From an uncultured Bacteroidia bacterium (GTDB lineage Bacteria; Bacteroidota; Bacteroidia; JANWVE01), in the NCBI GenBank assembly GCA_938028625.1, contig CALIZB010000045.1, positions 192 through 64,191 on the forward strand: a stretch of DNA of 64,000 nt, in the 5' to 3' direction. Shown in pieces: positions 8,390 to 18,282 of the stretch (positions are counted from its first letter, which is position 1; every line of letters starts with the position of its first letter). The translations under genes were made by a program, and so were the position numbers. Below the pieces are notes generated by a model. The model made no database searches, was not told the origin of the DNA, and saw only the letters and a list, made by a program, of their open reading frames with translations.

Positions 8390-9859
8390 ATGGAGAATCT
8401 TACATTAGACCTTTTACAAAGTCTACCCTTAATTTTACTGTTAGTGATGGCACTTTTTTTAATGATTGCCGAAGCTATTGACCGTAAGAGCGTAGTAGTA
8501 CCTTATATTGGCATAGTGGCTTTATTAGTTTCTGCGGTATTAGAATTTCCTTTTGATGATAAAAATGGAGATATGTATCGTAGTGTGGCAATATACAATG
8601 GTATGCTGAAAGTGAGAGGAATAGCTTCTTTGTTTCATGTAATTTTATGTTTAACAGGTGCATTTGCTTTATCTTTTGTTGTACCTTATTTGCGAAAACT
8701 TAAAGAATTTAAAGATGACATAACAGGTGAAATAACTGTACTAACCATTTTTGCAGTAATAGGCATGATACTATTAGCTAATGCAAATGATTTGATTATA
8801 ACTTTCATTGGATTAGAAACCATGTCTGTTTGTTTGTATATTATGGCAGGTTCATTAAAGACGCGTAAAGAGAGCAATGAAGCAGGAATTAAATACTTTT
8901 TACTTGGGGCATTTGCATCAGCATTTTTGTTGTATGGCATAGCGCTTATTTATGGAGCATCAGGCAGTACAAATTACAACAAAATGAACATGGCATTGTT
9001 ACAGAACTCTCCTTTGTTTTTTGCAGGTACAGGTCTGATACTGGTAGGTTTTCTCTTTAAGATATCCGCTTTTCCGTTTCATTTCTGGGCACCTGATGTA
9101 TATCAAGGGGCGCCCACACCTATGGTGGGCTTTATGGCAACGGCATCAAAAAGTGCATCTTTCTGGGGACTGATGCTGTTTATTGTAGCGATGAGTACCG
9201 TACCTAAACTGAATACACTTTTGCAAATTATTGCCGTACTTACTATGATTTGGGGTAATTTTATGGCTATCCGTCAGACAAATTTAAAGCGAGTATTAGC
9301 ATATTCTAGCGTAGCTCATGCAGGATATGTATTGCTTGCTATGGCTTCACACTCTAATATGGGCTTTCAGGCGGTAGTGTTTTACATGATAGCTTATACC
9401 CTTATGAACCTTGCTACTTTTGGAGTTATTTCTTTGATAGAAGGAGAAAAATTTAGTACTAATGCAAAAGAATTACAAGGATTGTATTATCAAAAACCTG
9501 CATACGCCATAATTCTCTCCATGTGTATGCTGGCATTATCTGGTATTCCGCCATTTATAGGATTTATAGGCAAATATCAAGTATTTGCAGCAGCTATAAA
9601 AGCAGATATGGTTGTTCCTGCCATTATTGGTATCATAACTTCTGTGGTATCCGCTTTTTATTATTTGAGTGTTATTCGTAGGATTTGTTTTATCAAACCT
9701 GACGAAAAATATCTACATACACCTTTTGTCGCAGACGGATTAAGCTATACTGCTTTGGGCATACTTGTTTTTGCCATAGTGGTTTTGGGCTGTTATCCAA
9801 GTCCTGTTTTGAATCTTGTTAATAAATTGTATTTGTACTCTGTTGCTTTTATTGGTTAA
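8390..9859 (+). CDS. NuoN-like proton-translocating membrane subunit (complex I subunit N / NADH dehydrogenase subunit 2 family, PF00361). Orphan: no other nuo genes nearby in this window.
   Basis: ~14 TM segments. Diagnostic stretch KISAFPFHFWAPDVYQGAPTPMVGFMATASKSASF plus LYGIALIYGASGSTNY, typical of NuoN/ND2. Probable start is MENLTLDLLQ (8390), not the upstream ATG at 8333. Confidence 0.65.
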   Translation: MENLTLDLLQSLPLILLLVMALFLMIAEAIDRKSVVVPYIGIVALLVSAVLEFPFDDKNGDMYRSVAIYNGMLKVRGIASLFHVILCLTGAFALSFVVPYLRKLKEFKDDITGEITVLTIFAVIGMILLANANDLIITFIGLETMSVCLYIMAGSLKTRKESNEAGIKYFLLGAFASAFLLYGIALIYGASGSTNYNKMNMALLQNSPLFFAGTGLILVGFLFKISAFPFHFWAPDVYQGAPTPMVGFMATASKSASFWGLMLFIVAMSTVPKLNTLLQIIAVLTMIWGNFMAIRQTNLKRVLAYSSVAHAGYVLLAMASHSNMGFQAVVFYMIAYTLMNLATFGVISLIEGEKFSTNAKELQGLYYQKPAYAIILSMCMLALSGIPPFIGFIGKYQVFAAAIKADMVVPAIIGIITSVVSAFYYLSVIRRICFIKPDEKYLHTPFVADGLSYTALGILVFAIVVLGCYPSPVLNLVNKLYLYSVAFIG

Positions 9860-9860
9860 C

Positions 9861-10796
9861 ATGGCAGAATATCTTGTTTTTGCAAGCGAAGGATATGTAT
9901 ATCTAGAAGAGAAACTTGTTTCTCTGCTTCCTGGTGCGGAACATGGCACGGCAGAAAAAAAGGTATTTCCTGACGGAGAAATCTATCATCGTATTGTGTC
10001 TGATGTACAGGATAAAAACATTATTTTTGTTGTAGATACGACTACTGAACAGGCGGTACTCAACGGATATGATGTAGCCTGTGCTATGGTTAAGTACGGG
10101 GCAGAAAGTCTGACATTAGTTATTCCGTATTTTGCATATAGCACTATGGAACGCGCAATAAAACAAGGTGAAGTAGTAAAAGCTAAAACAAGAGCAAGAT
10201 TATTTTCTAATATTCCCCAAGCACACAGAGGTAACCATATCATCTTGATAGATTTGCATGCCGAAGGCATACCGCATTACTTTGAAAATGACGTAATATG
10301 CACACATTTGTACGCAAAACCTGTCGTTATACAGGCAATAAGGGAATTTGGCGGAGAGGATTTTATATTAGCTTCCACAGATGCGGGACGTGCCAAATGG
10401 GTAGAGTCATTAGCTTCGGAGGTGCAAGTACCAAGTGCTTTTGTCTATAAAACAAGGTTAAGCGGTTCTGAAACCAAAATTACAGGTATCAACGCATCAG
10501 TACAAGGTAAAACGGTAGTTATCTATGATGATATGATACGTACAGGAGGTTCTCTCATAAACGCCGCCACAGCCTATCTTGAACACGGAGCAAAAGAAAT
10601 ATATGCGGTAGCTACACATTTAGTTTTACCTGAGGGCAGTTTAGAAAAAATACAGCAGAGCAATACCATTAAAAAAATAGCAGGAACAAATACACACCCC
10701 AACAGCCAAAAATATATTGCATCTGACTTTATTAAAGTGCATGACATCAGCAGTATTGTGGCTACTGCTATACACAAAAAAATAAAAATTGCATAA
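9861..10796 (+). CDS. Ribose-phosphate pyrophosphokinase (PRPP synthetase) family protein, divergent. Starts 1 nt after the NuoN-like stop.
   Basis: VFPDGEI (cf. FSDGE), VIPYFAYSTMER (cf. VIPYFGYARQDR), DLHAEGIPHYF (cf. DLHAEQIQGFF), DDMIRTGGS (cf. DDMIDTGGT), YKTR (cf. DKRR). Confidence 0.65.
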   Translation: MAEYLVFASEGYVYLEEKLVSLLPGAEHGTAEKKVFPDGEIYHRIVSDVQDKNIIFVVDTTTEQAVLNGYDVACAMVKYGAESLTLVIPYFAYSTMERAIKQGEVVKAKTRARLFSNIPQAHRGNHIILIDLHAEGIPHYFENDVICTHLYAKPVVIQAIREFGGEDFILASTDAGRAKWVESLASEVQVPSAFVYKTRLSGSETKITGINASVQGKTVVIYDDMIRTGGSLINAATAYLEHGAKEIYAVATHLVLPEGSLEKIQQSNTIKKIAGTNTHPNSQKYIASDFIKVHDISSIVATAIHKKIKIA

Positions 10797-10805
10797 CGTT
10801 GCCGT

Positions 10806-11372
10806 ATGAAAGTATGGAAAAAACGCCTTATAAGATGGACCTCTGTTTTGTTTTTTTTTGCAGGGATTTTTCTTTTTATGGATTACAGGCGTATCGGAAA
10901 GGTTATCAATGAATACAACGGAGTTCCTATTTATTACAATGGATTAGTATTTCAATCGCCTAAAAAGCCGCATAAAAGTGAAAAAGGGGTCTATTATGGC
11001 ATAAAATGGGAAAGCACAGAGTTTGTTCGCAGATATTATTATGAAAAGCTAAAGTATTATATTCCTGCAAAATATCATTATGCTATTAGTTGGGTAGGAT
11101 ATGGAGTTAAAGCAGGCGAGAGAAACCCTATTGGATTGCGTCAGTACTATAACGGCGGTACAGTTAAACCTCAAAAAGACGATATAATAGTGTTTAAAAA
11201 CAAAAAATACGGACATTGCGCCCTCATAGCCGAAGTGTACGACAATGACTTGATTGTACTGTATCAGCAGAATGTATGGGGCTGGTCTAAAGAAAAATGT
11301 AAGCTCAAAAAAGAAAATAACCGCTATTATATAGGAAGTTACCTTACCCCGATAGCCTGGATGAGAAAATAA
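10806..11372 (+). CDS. Hypothetical N-terminally membrane-anchored protein. Weak CHAP-like (GHCALIAEV) resemblance.
   Basis: 188 aa with one N-terminal TM (TSVLFFFAGIFLFM). C-terminal …IIVFKNKKYGHCALIAEV resembles the His motif of CHAP amidases, but the Cys motif is not clear. Confidence 0.3.
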   Translation: MKVWKKRLIRWTSVLFFFAGIFLFMDYRRIGKVINEYNGVPIYYNGLVFQSPKKPHKSEKGVYYGIKWESTEFVRRYYYEKLKYYIPAKYHYAISWVGYGVKAGERNPIGLRQYYNGGTVKPQKDDIIVFKNKKYGHCALIAEVYDNDLIVLYQQNVWGWSKEKCKLKKENNRYYIGSYLTPIAWMRK

Positions 11373-11457
11373 GCATAAGGCGGAAAAATCATGTAAAGAT
11401 ATAGTTGCTGTATTTTTATCATGTATAACATCATACCAGCCATTCATTGCAATTTTT

Positions 11458-12045
11458 TTGATATACTTTCCAACCTTTTTTATATTTATTTACTCTTTAT
11501 GGCAAAGAACTGTGAATATCTCCGAAGAGACACTCATTCAGGGCTGTGTACAGCAGGACAGGCGTTATCAGAAATTGTTGTATGAAAGATACTGCGAAGC
11601 TATGTTTACTGTAGCTGTGCGTTTGTGTAATTCTTACGAAGATGCCGAAGATGCGTTACAGGAGGCTTTTGTAGAGATATTCAGGAATATTCAACAGTTT
11701 CGTAAAGAAAGTACACTCGGTGCCTGGATAAAAAAAATTGTGGTACGCTCTGCTATCAGAAAAACAAGAAAAGATACAAAATACACTGAATACGAAATAA
11801 TACATGATATTACTGATGACCTTGATACATACATTACTCAGGAAACTGACATGGAGTATCTTGAAAAATGTATTTTATCTTTACCCGAAAAATGCAGACA
11901 GATATTTGTTCTATCAGAAATTGAAGGATATGCACACGAGGAAATTGCCCAGATGCTCAATATTTCCATAGGTACGTCTAAATCGCAACTACATTATGCT
12001 AAACAACTTTTAAAGCAAAAACTACAAATTATACTTAAAAACTGA
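11458..12045 (+). CDS. ECF-type RNA polymerase sigma-70 factor.
   Basis: Region 2 (LYERYCEAMFTVAVRLCNSYEDAEDALQEAFVEIF) and region 4 HTH (YAHEEIAQMLNISIGTSKSQL). True start may be the internal GTG (~11509). Confidence 0.75.
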   Translation: MIYFPTFFIFIYSLWQRTVNISEETLIQGCVQQDRRYQKLLYERYCEAMFTVAVRLCNSYEDAEDALQEAFVEIFRNIQQFRKESTLGAWIKKIVVRSAIRKTRKDTKYTEYEIIHDITDDLDTYITQETDMEYLEKCILSLPEKCRQIFVLSEIEGYAHEEIAQMLNISIGTSKSQLHYAKQLLKQKLQIILKN

Positions 12046-12047
12046 AT

Positions 12048-12560
12048 ATGAAAACAAATTTATACCAAAAATTACCTGTATATAAACCCTCTGACAAGGT
12101 ATGGCAGAATATTGAAAAAGAACTTGATGCTCTGCAAAAAGTACAATCCAACGTAAAATATGTTTATTTGTGGCCTCTTGTAGCAGGTTTTATATTGGTT
12201 TTTTTTGCCACTTTATTGTTTGTAAATAGACAGAGTGAAGTAGCCAAAAATCATCAGAGTTTGCAGATTACGTATTCTGAGGAAATACTAGACTCTGTAT
12301 TAGTACAAAAAGTTCAGACTGACACCGTTTCTGATACAGAAATAGAAAATATTTGTGAGATGCAACCTGTAAAATGTGAAGACGAATATGCAAAATCTTT
12401 ACTCAAACAGATACAGGACTTATCTCAAGCATATTTAGAATTAGACCAAAGTACCGCAGAACAGTCCATTCCTGATGTAACTGTACAAAAGCAAAAAGCC
12501 CATTTAGAAAAAGAAAAACACAAGCGAATCAAAAAACTGAAACGTTATCTAAATGAATAA
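12048..12560 (+). CDS. Putative anti-sigma factor (single-pass membrane protein) cognate to the upstream ECF sigma.
   Basis: Starts 2 nt after the sigma gene. One TM (YLWPLVAGFILVFFATLLFV). Inferred from position only. Confidence 0.4.
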   Translation: MKTNLYQKLPVYKPSDKVWQNIEKELDALQKVQSNVKYVYLWPLVAGFILVFFATLLFVNRQSEVAKNHQSLQITYSEEILDSVLVQKVQTDTVSDTEIENICEMQPVKCEDEYAKSLLKQIQDLSQAYLELDQSTAEQSIPDVTVQKQKAHLEKEKHKRIKKLKRYLNE

Positions 12561-12585
12561 AAATGCTTATTTTTGTGGTTAAGCC

Positions 12586-13341
12586 ATGTTAAGTATAGAG
12601 AATGCGAGCAAAATTTTTGTTATAGATGAACATACACGCATTTATGGATTGAATGAAGTTTCTTTATCCTTACAAAAAGAGGACTTTCTGATACTTATTG
12701 GCAGTAATGGCAGTGGAAAAAGCACTTTGCTTAATGCTATCAGCGGGTATATTGCTTTGAATTCAGGTAAAATTCTGCTCAATGGCAAAGAAATTACACA
12801 CCTATCTGCCCGTGAACGAAGCAAAAGTATTGTCAGAATAGCACAAAATCCTGCAACTAATACGGTTTCAGAACTTTCTGTGGTTCAGAATTTCAGATTG
12901 GCTTATTTGAGAAAACGAAGTACTGGACTGAAAAAAGCTATAGATAGGTCTTTTTACAAAGAGGTTCAGGAAAAAGTAAGTCTGCTCAATATGGGATTAG
13001 AAAACAAACTTAATCAGGAAATGAGCAAACTTTCAGGAGGACAAAGGCAGGCTTTGTCTGTACTCATGTATACTTGGCATAAACCTGAACTGTTGTTGTT
13101 AGATGAACCCACAGCCGCATTAGATGTAAAATCTGCTGATACTGTAATGAATATCGTGCAATATATCACAAAAGAGCATAAAATTCCTTGTATCCTGATT
13201 ACGCATAATCTTAAAGATATGATACAGTACGGAAATCGCTTAATACAACTGAACCAAGGTAAAATTATCAGGAATATTACTGAACAAGAAAAACAAAACT
13301 TATCTACCTCAGAAATTCTTGCGTGGCTGTCGGAGATGTAA
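12586..13341 (+). CDS. ABC transporter ATP-binding protein (no adjacent permease gene).
   Basis: Walker A GSNGSGKST, signature LSGGQRQALSV, Walker B LLLLDEPTAALD. Confidence 0.75.
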   Translation: MLSIENASKIFVIDEHTRIYGLNEVSLSLQKEDFLILIGSNGSGKSTLLNAISGYIALNSGKILLNGKEITHLSARERSKSIVRIAQNPATNTVSELSVVQNFRLAYLRKRSTGLKKAIDRSFYKEVQEKVSLLNMGLENKLNQEMSKLSGGQRQALSVLMYTWHKPELLLLDEPTAALDVKSADTVMNIVQYITKEHKIPCILITHNLKDMIQYGNRLIQLNQGKIIRNITEQEKQNLSTSEILAWLSEM

Positions 13342-13384
13342 ACCATCAAACTCTTTAAGCAAGCATAAAAAAATAGATTTTTTA

Positions 13385-14488
13385 TTACTTTCCTAATTGT
13401 TTTTTCAAGTCTTTATAGGCGTTTTGTGCTTCTAAATTATTAGGATTGAATTTTACAGCGAGCTTATAATCTTCCAACGCTCTTTCTTTATTGTCAAGAG
13501 CTTCGTTGCATGTACCACGCATGTATAAAGCATCAGAAAAAGTATTGTCCAATTGAATGGCACGGGTAAAATCTTCGCGAGCAAAGGCATACTGTTTTTT
13601 CTCCCATTGTATCAAACCTCTGTTGTAGTACGCATTTTTATAGGAAGGATTGATAAACAGACATTTGTTATATGCAAAAATCGCTTTATCCAATTCTTGG
13701 TTTTCCTGCAACAAAACTCCCATATTATAGTGTGCATTAGCGTTATTTTCGTTGAATTTAATTGATTTTTGATAATAATTTAGGGCTTGTTGGTATAAGT
13801 TAGAAGCCTCTTTTTTTTGTGTTTTAGCTAATTTCCATTCTTCATGTGCCATCTGACCAAGTTCTAAGTGTGCATTAGAAAAAGTGCTATCATATTCAAG
13901 TGTTTTTTCAAAATATTTACGTGCTTCTGTGTTATTATTTTTATTGCGATACACTAATCCTAGTCCAAAGTAGGCAGGGGGATAGTTAGGAGATTTTTCC
14001 AGAGCTATCTGAAATAATTTTTGAGCGTTATCTACTTTACCTTGATAAAAAAGAATAGTAGCCGCTGCGGCGTAAATAGCAGGATTATTTGTACCTAATT
14101 TAATAGCTTCTTGATACGCATTAAGGGCTTCGTCATCTTTAGCTAATACATATTCGTATATTCCCAACTGGTAATGATAATCAGGGTTTTTAGGTTCTAA
14201 TTCAATAGCACGCTTAACATCTAAAACAGCCGTATTAACTTCACCTTTCTGAAAGTTAAGCACAGAACGGCGATAATATAAATCAGGTTTAGGTGCAAAT
14301 TTTTCTAAACTATCTGTAATATCTTTTATACCTTTTTCTATAATTTTCAGTTGTTTTTCAGTATCAGATAGTTGTATGTTTGTTTTTTGTTGTAGGCTAT
14401 CTTTTTTAGTTGTTTTTTTATCTGAACTACAATCGGTGAGCAAAACAGCAGATATGAGCAGTAAAAAAAGGAAAATACTTTTTTGCAT
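13385..14488 (-). CDS. TPR-repeat lipoprotein.
   Basis: Lipobox LLTDC. Multiple 34-aa TPR-like repeats (…AYYNRGL…, …AHYNMGV…). Confidence 0.7.
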   Translation of the reverse strand: MQKSIFLFLLLISAVLLTDCSSDKKTTKKDSLQQKTNIQLSDTEKQLKIIEKGIKDITDSLEKFAPKPDLYYRRSVLNFQKGEVNTAVLDVKRAIELEPKNPDYHYQLGIYEYVLAKDDEALNAYQEAIKLGTNNPAIYAAAATILFYQGKVDNAQKLFQIALEKSPNYPPAYFGLGLVYRNKNNNTEARKYFEKTLEYDSTFSNAHLELGQMAHEEWKLAKTQKKEASNLYQQALNYYQKSIKFNENNANAHYNMGVLLQENQELDKAIFAYNKCLFINPSYKNAYYNRGLIQWEKKQYAFAREDFTRAIQLDNTFSDALYMRGTCNEALDNKERALEDYKLAVKFNPNNLEAQNAYKDLKKQLGK

Positions 14489-14496
14489 AGGTTAAT

Positions 14497-15354
14497 TTAT
14501 TTTTGTTCAGGGTATATGTAAAACCCTTTACCTGTTTTTCTTCCCCAGAATTTAGCTTCTACTTTTTTCTGTTGAATAAGATTAGGTCTAAAACGAGCAT
14601 CTTGGTAAAAAGCATTAAATAAAGAAACCGTTACAGAAAAATTGACGTCTACCCCAATTAAGTCCATCAATTTGAATGCGCCCATTTTAAATCCTGTGGC
14701 TTCTAAAAGTTCGTCTATTTGTTCCATCTCTGCAGCCTGTTCAGAAAGAATTTTTAGACTTTCTCCGTAAAAATGGCGTGCCACTCGATTGACAATAAAT
14801 CCAGGGTAATCTTTAACTAAAATAGCCGTTTTTTGCATATTTTCGGCTACTTTTTTAACTATGTCTACAAGTTTTGTATCTGAGGCTTCACCTGCTATTA
14901 CTTCTACTAATTTCATCACAGGAGCGGGATTAAAAAAGTGCATACCTATTACACGTTCAGGATATTTGCATGCAGACGCAATTTGTGTAATAGGAATAGA
15001 GGAGGTATTACTGCAAAAAATAGTATTAGCAGGCATACGCTCTTCTAATGCAGAGAATAAATCCTGTTTAGCTTTAAGATTTTCTACAATAGCCTCAATA
15101 ACTAAATCTGCATTGATTTCAGAAAATTCTGATGTATATGTGATGCGATGTAAAGAAGCGTTTTTTTGCTCTGTGGTGATTTTTTGTTTCTGTGCAAGGT
15201 TTTCCAGCGCAATTTCTATATTCAGTTTGGCTTTTTTGAGTGCTACGTCATTGATATCAAACAGAATAGTACGGTAACCGTGCATGGCGGCTACTTGGGC
15301 AATACCCGTACCCATAGTTCCAGAACCAATAACAGCAATAGTTTTTATATCCAT
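14497..15354 (-). CDS. 3-hydroxyacyl-CoA / 3-hydroxybutyryl-CoA dehydrogenase (NAD-binding).
   Basis: N-terminal Rossmann IAVIGSGTMGTGIAQV plus Hbd/PaaH-like body. Confidence 0.75.
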   Translation of the reverse strand: MDIKTIAVIGSGTMGTGIAQVAAMHGYRTILFDINDVALKKAKLNIEIALENLAQKQKITTEQKNASLHRITYTSEFSEINADLVIEAIVENLKAKQDLFSALEERMPANTIFCSNTSSIPITQIASACKYPERVIGMHFFNPAPVMKLVEVIAGEASDTKLVDIVKKVAENMQKTAILVKDYPGFIVNRVARHFYGESLKILSEQAAEMEQIDELLEATGFKMGAFKLMDLIGVDVNFSVTVSLFNAFYQDARFRPNLIQQKKVEAKFWGRKTGKGFYIYPEQK

Positions 15355-15373
15355 AATGCAAAGATAGAGTTTT

Positions 15374-15886
15374 TTAATCTCTTAAACGGAAGGAATTCAT
15401 ATCTCTTACAAGGCGTTCATCTTTTTCTATGTAGTAAGAAGCTAATAAACAAAGTATTATGCTAATAATCGGAAAAATTACCCCTATCTGTAAGTTACTA
15501 CCTTGTAAGGCATTTGCTCCTGCAAATTGGCTAATCTGGTTCTGTGTATAGTATGCTCTTGCAAAAATATAACTAGCTTGTAAAAAAGCAATTCCTGCCG
15601 ACAGCCACGCGATACGTTTCTGCAAACGTCTTTTTTTATACAGAAAAATACATACTACTGTACTGATGATAAATAAAACACTTAAAATAAGTACCCATCT
15701 TATAGGATAAGTAGTGTTGTAGATAGAAACCACATTACTTAAATTTTTAATGTATTGTCCATGAAAAACAATCACAGCCTGACTGTTCACGGAGTTAAAT
15801 TCAAATCGCCAGAGTTCTGTAAATAAAGTAAAAGTATTTAACACACCCGCTAAAAACAACCAGACTGTCTGAATTCTTTGTATCAT
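15374..15886 (-). CDS. Hypothetical 4-TM membrane protein (DUF4293-like).
   Basis: 170 aa with four hydrophobic segments. No motif recognised. Confidence 0.4.
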   Translation of the reverse strand: MIQRIQTVWLFLAGVLNTFTLFTELWRFEFNSVNSQAVIVFHGQYIKNLSNVVSIYNTTYPIRWVLILSVLFIISTVVCIFLYKKRRLQKRIAWLSAGIAFLQASYIFARAYYTQNQISQFAGANALQGSNLQIGVIFPIISIILCLLASYYIEKDERLVRDMNSFRLRD

Positions 15887-15993
15887 ATTAAAAAATATAG
15901 AATTTTAAGTTTTTACATCTAAATTTTACTTTGTTTGCAAAGGTAGTAATAAATTAGCAATTACAAGTTTTATGAGTATTCATTTTTCTTTTT

Positions 15994-16130
15994 TTGGGCG
16001 TGTCCTTCACCCTTCGGCAAGCTCAGGGTTCAGGTCGGCGTGCTTTGGGCTACGCTATCGCTTCGGTGCTACGCACTGTGCTCACGCACACCCTTCGCAT
16101 GCCTCACGCAATTCCTAAATCAAAATTCCT
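15994..16130. other. GC-rich (~60% GC) ~135-nt island in an AT-rich intergenic region, with several CUUCGG-type hairpin motifs and short direct repeats. Possible structured small RNA or foreign remnant.
   Basis: Sequence gggcgtgtccttcacccttcggcaag…cgcttcggtgctacgcac…cccttcgcatgcctcacgca. Lies directly 3' of ettA on the minus strand and upstream of 15886. Confidence 0.25.
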
Positions 16131-16137
16131 GATTGTA

Positions 16138-17808
16138 TTACATAAGTTTTTTGTATTTAATCCGTTTGGGTATGGCATCTTTACCCAGTTTCTTTTTACG
16201 GTCTTCTTCATATTCTTGGAAGTTCCCTTCAAAAAACCGCACTTGACTATCCCCTTCAAAAGCTAAAATATGCGTAGCTACACGGTCTAAAAACCATCTA
16301 TCGTGAGAGATAATCAAAGCGCATCCTGCGTAATTATTAATAGCTTCTTCTAATGCCCGCAAGGTATTTACATCAATGTCGTTAGTAGGTTCGTCTAATA
16401 ACAGTACATTACTCCCCGATTTAAGCATAGATGCGAGATGCAAACGGTTTCTTTCTCCCCCTGAAAGCTGACTTACTTTTTTAGATTGGTCACTACCTGT
16501 AAAATTAAATTTGCTCAAATAAGCCCGTGCATTCATAGTTCTATTACCAATAACAATATTTTCATTTCCTTCTGAAATAAACTCATAGATAGATTTATCT
16601 GCATTAGCTACAAGGTTATCATGTTCTTGGTCTACATAGCCTAAATCCACGGTTTCTCCTATGCGGATAGAACCTGTATCAGGTTTTTCTTTACCTACAA
16701 TCATGCGGAATAGCGTAGTTTTACCTGCACCATTAGGTCCGATAATTCCTACTACTGCACCTTTGGGAATGCTAAATGTAGTGTTTTCTATTAAAAGTTT
16801 ATCTCCATAGCTTTTAGAAACATTATCAAATTCTATCACTACATTACCAAGTGGTCTGGATACAGGAATAAATATCTCTAATTCTTCAATTTTAGATTTG
16901 TTTTCTTCCGAAAGTAGTTTTTCATACGCACTAATACGGGCTTTGTTTTTGGTACGCCTGCCTGAGGGCGTCATGTTTATCCATTCTAATTCTCTTTCCA
17001 AAGTTTTCTGCCGTTGTGAGGCTTGTTTTTCTTCCTGTTCCAAACGTTTTTTCTTTTGCTGTAACCAAGAAGAATAATTTCCATGCCAAGGTATACCTTG
17101 TCCTCTATCTAATTCCAAAATCCATTCGGCTACATTATCCAAAAAATAACGGTCATGCGTAACGGCAATAACCGTACCTTTATATTGTTGTAAATGCTGT
17201 TCTAACCAATGCACGCTTTCTGCATCTAAATGGTTAGTAGGTTCATCTAATAAAAGAATATCAGGCTGTTGAAGTAATAAACGACATAAAGCTACGCGTC
17301 TTTTTTCTCCCCCTGATAGATGTTCTATACGAGCATCAGGTTCAGGACAACGAAGTGCGTCCATAGCTTTTTCTAAAACAATATCTATTTCCCATGCGTT
17401 TTTGGCATCTATTTGGTCTTGAAGTTCTGCTTGGCGAGCTAAAAGTTTATCATAATCGGCATCAGGGTCTGCAAATTTTTCATTCACGGCTTCGTATTCA
17501 GCGAGTAAATCCATGATGGGTTTTACACCTTCTCTGACTATCTCTATAACCGTTTTATTTTTATCTAATTCAGGTTCTTGGGGCAGATAGCCTACGGTAT
17601 ACCCTTGTGAAAGTACAGCTTTCCCTAGATAGTCTTGGTCTATACCTGCCATAATGCGTAATAAAGAAGATTTTCCCGCACCATTCAACCCGAGTACGCC
17701 AATCTTTGCTCCATAAAAATAGGATAAATAGATATCTTTGAGTACTTGCTTATTAGGGGGATATATTTTACCTACCCCTTCCATAGAATAAATAACTTGT
17801 CTGGACAT
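16138..17808 (-). CDS. ettA: ABC-F family ATPase, energy-dependent translational throttle EttA.
   Basis: 556 aa with two ABC cassettes. N-terminus MSRQVIYSMEGVGKIYPPNKQVLKDI… is characteristic of EttA/YjjK. Two Walker A (GLNGAGKSS, GPNGAGKTT) and two LSGGE signatures. Confidence 0.8.
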   Translation of the reverse strand: MSRQVIYSMEGVGKIYPPNKQVLKDIYLSYFYGAKIGVLGLNGAGKSSLLRIMAGIDQDYLGKAVLSQGYTVGYLPQEPELDKNKTVIEIVREGVKPIMDLLAEYEAVNEKFADPDADYDKLLARQAELQDQIDAKNAWEIDIVLEKAMDALRCPEPDARIEHLSGGEKRRVALCRLLLQQPDILLLDEPTNHLDAESVHWLEQHLQQYKGTVIAVTHDRYFLDNVAEWILELDRGQGIPWHGNYSSWLQQKKKRLEQEEKQASQRQKTLERELEWINMTPSGRRTKNKARISAYEKLLSEENKSKIEELEIFIPVSRPLGNVVIEFDNVSKSYGDKLLIENTTFSIPKGAVVGIIGPNGAGKTTLFRMIVGKEKPDTGSIRIGETVDLGYVDQEHDNLVANADKSIYEFISEGNENIVIGNRTMNARAYLSKFNFTGSDQSKKVSQLSGGERNRLHLASMLKSGSNVLLLDEPTNDIDVNTLRALEEAINNYAGCALIISHDRWFLDRVATHILAFEGDSQVRFFEGNFQEYEEDRKKKLGKDAIPKRIKYKKLM

Positions 17809-17952
17809 GCCACAAAAATACAGTAAAAATAAAAATACAAAATCAAACTTTTTGACTATTTCCCAGCATTTTCAAAAAATATTAGATGCTTTTTTACGAT
17901 TTTGAACTTTTTTACAATTTTGTTTTTTTATTTGCGCGTCAAACTACTAAAT

Positions 17953-18282
17953 ATGAAAACACACGAAATAGAATTTATTTTTCAAGAATCTGATAAAAAA
18001 CCTGTTACTATCAAAGCTGTGGAAGGAGAAAGTATATTAGAAGCGGCATTAGATGCAGGTATCCATATACAACACAATTGCGGAGGCGTGTGTGCATGCA
18101 CAACATGCCATGTGTACATAGAAGAAGGCATGGAGAACCTATCCGAAATGAGTGAAAAAGAACAAGACCGCATAGACCTTGCGGATAATGTAAAATTAGA
18201 ATCCCGATTAGCCTGTCAGTGTGAAGTATATGGTAGAGTAAAAGTACTTGTACCTGACCAAAGTGTGTATTTGGGGCATTAA
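17953..18282 (+). CDS. 2Fe-2S ferredoxin (adrenodoxin/Fdx type).
   Basis: Cys ligands in HNCGGVCACTTCHVY … RLACQCEV. Start taken at MKTHEIEF. Confidence 0.75.
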   Translation: MKTHEIEFIFQESDKKPVTIKAVEGESILEAALDAGIHIQHNCGGVCACTTCHVYIEEGMENLSEMSEKEQDRIDLADNVKLESRLACQCEVYGRVKVLVPDQSVYLGH

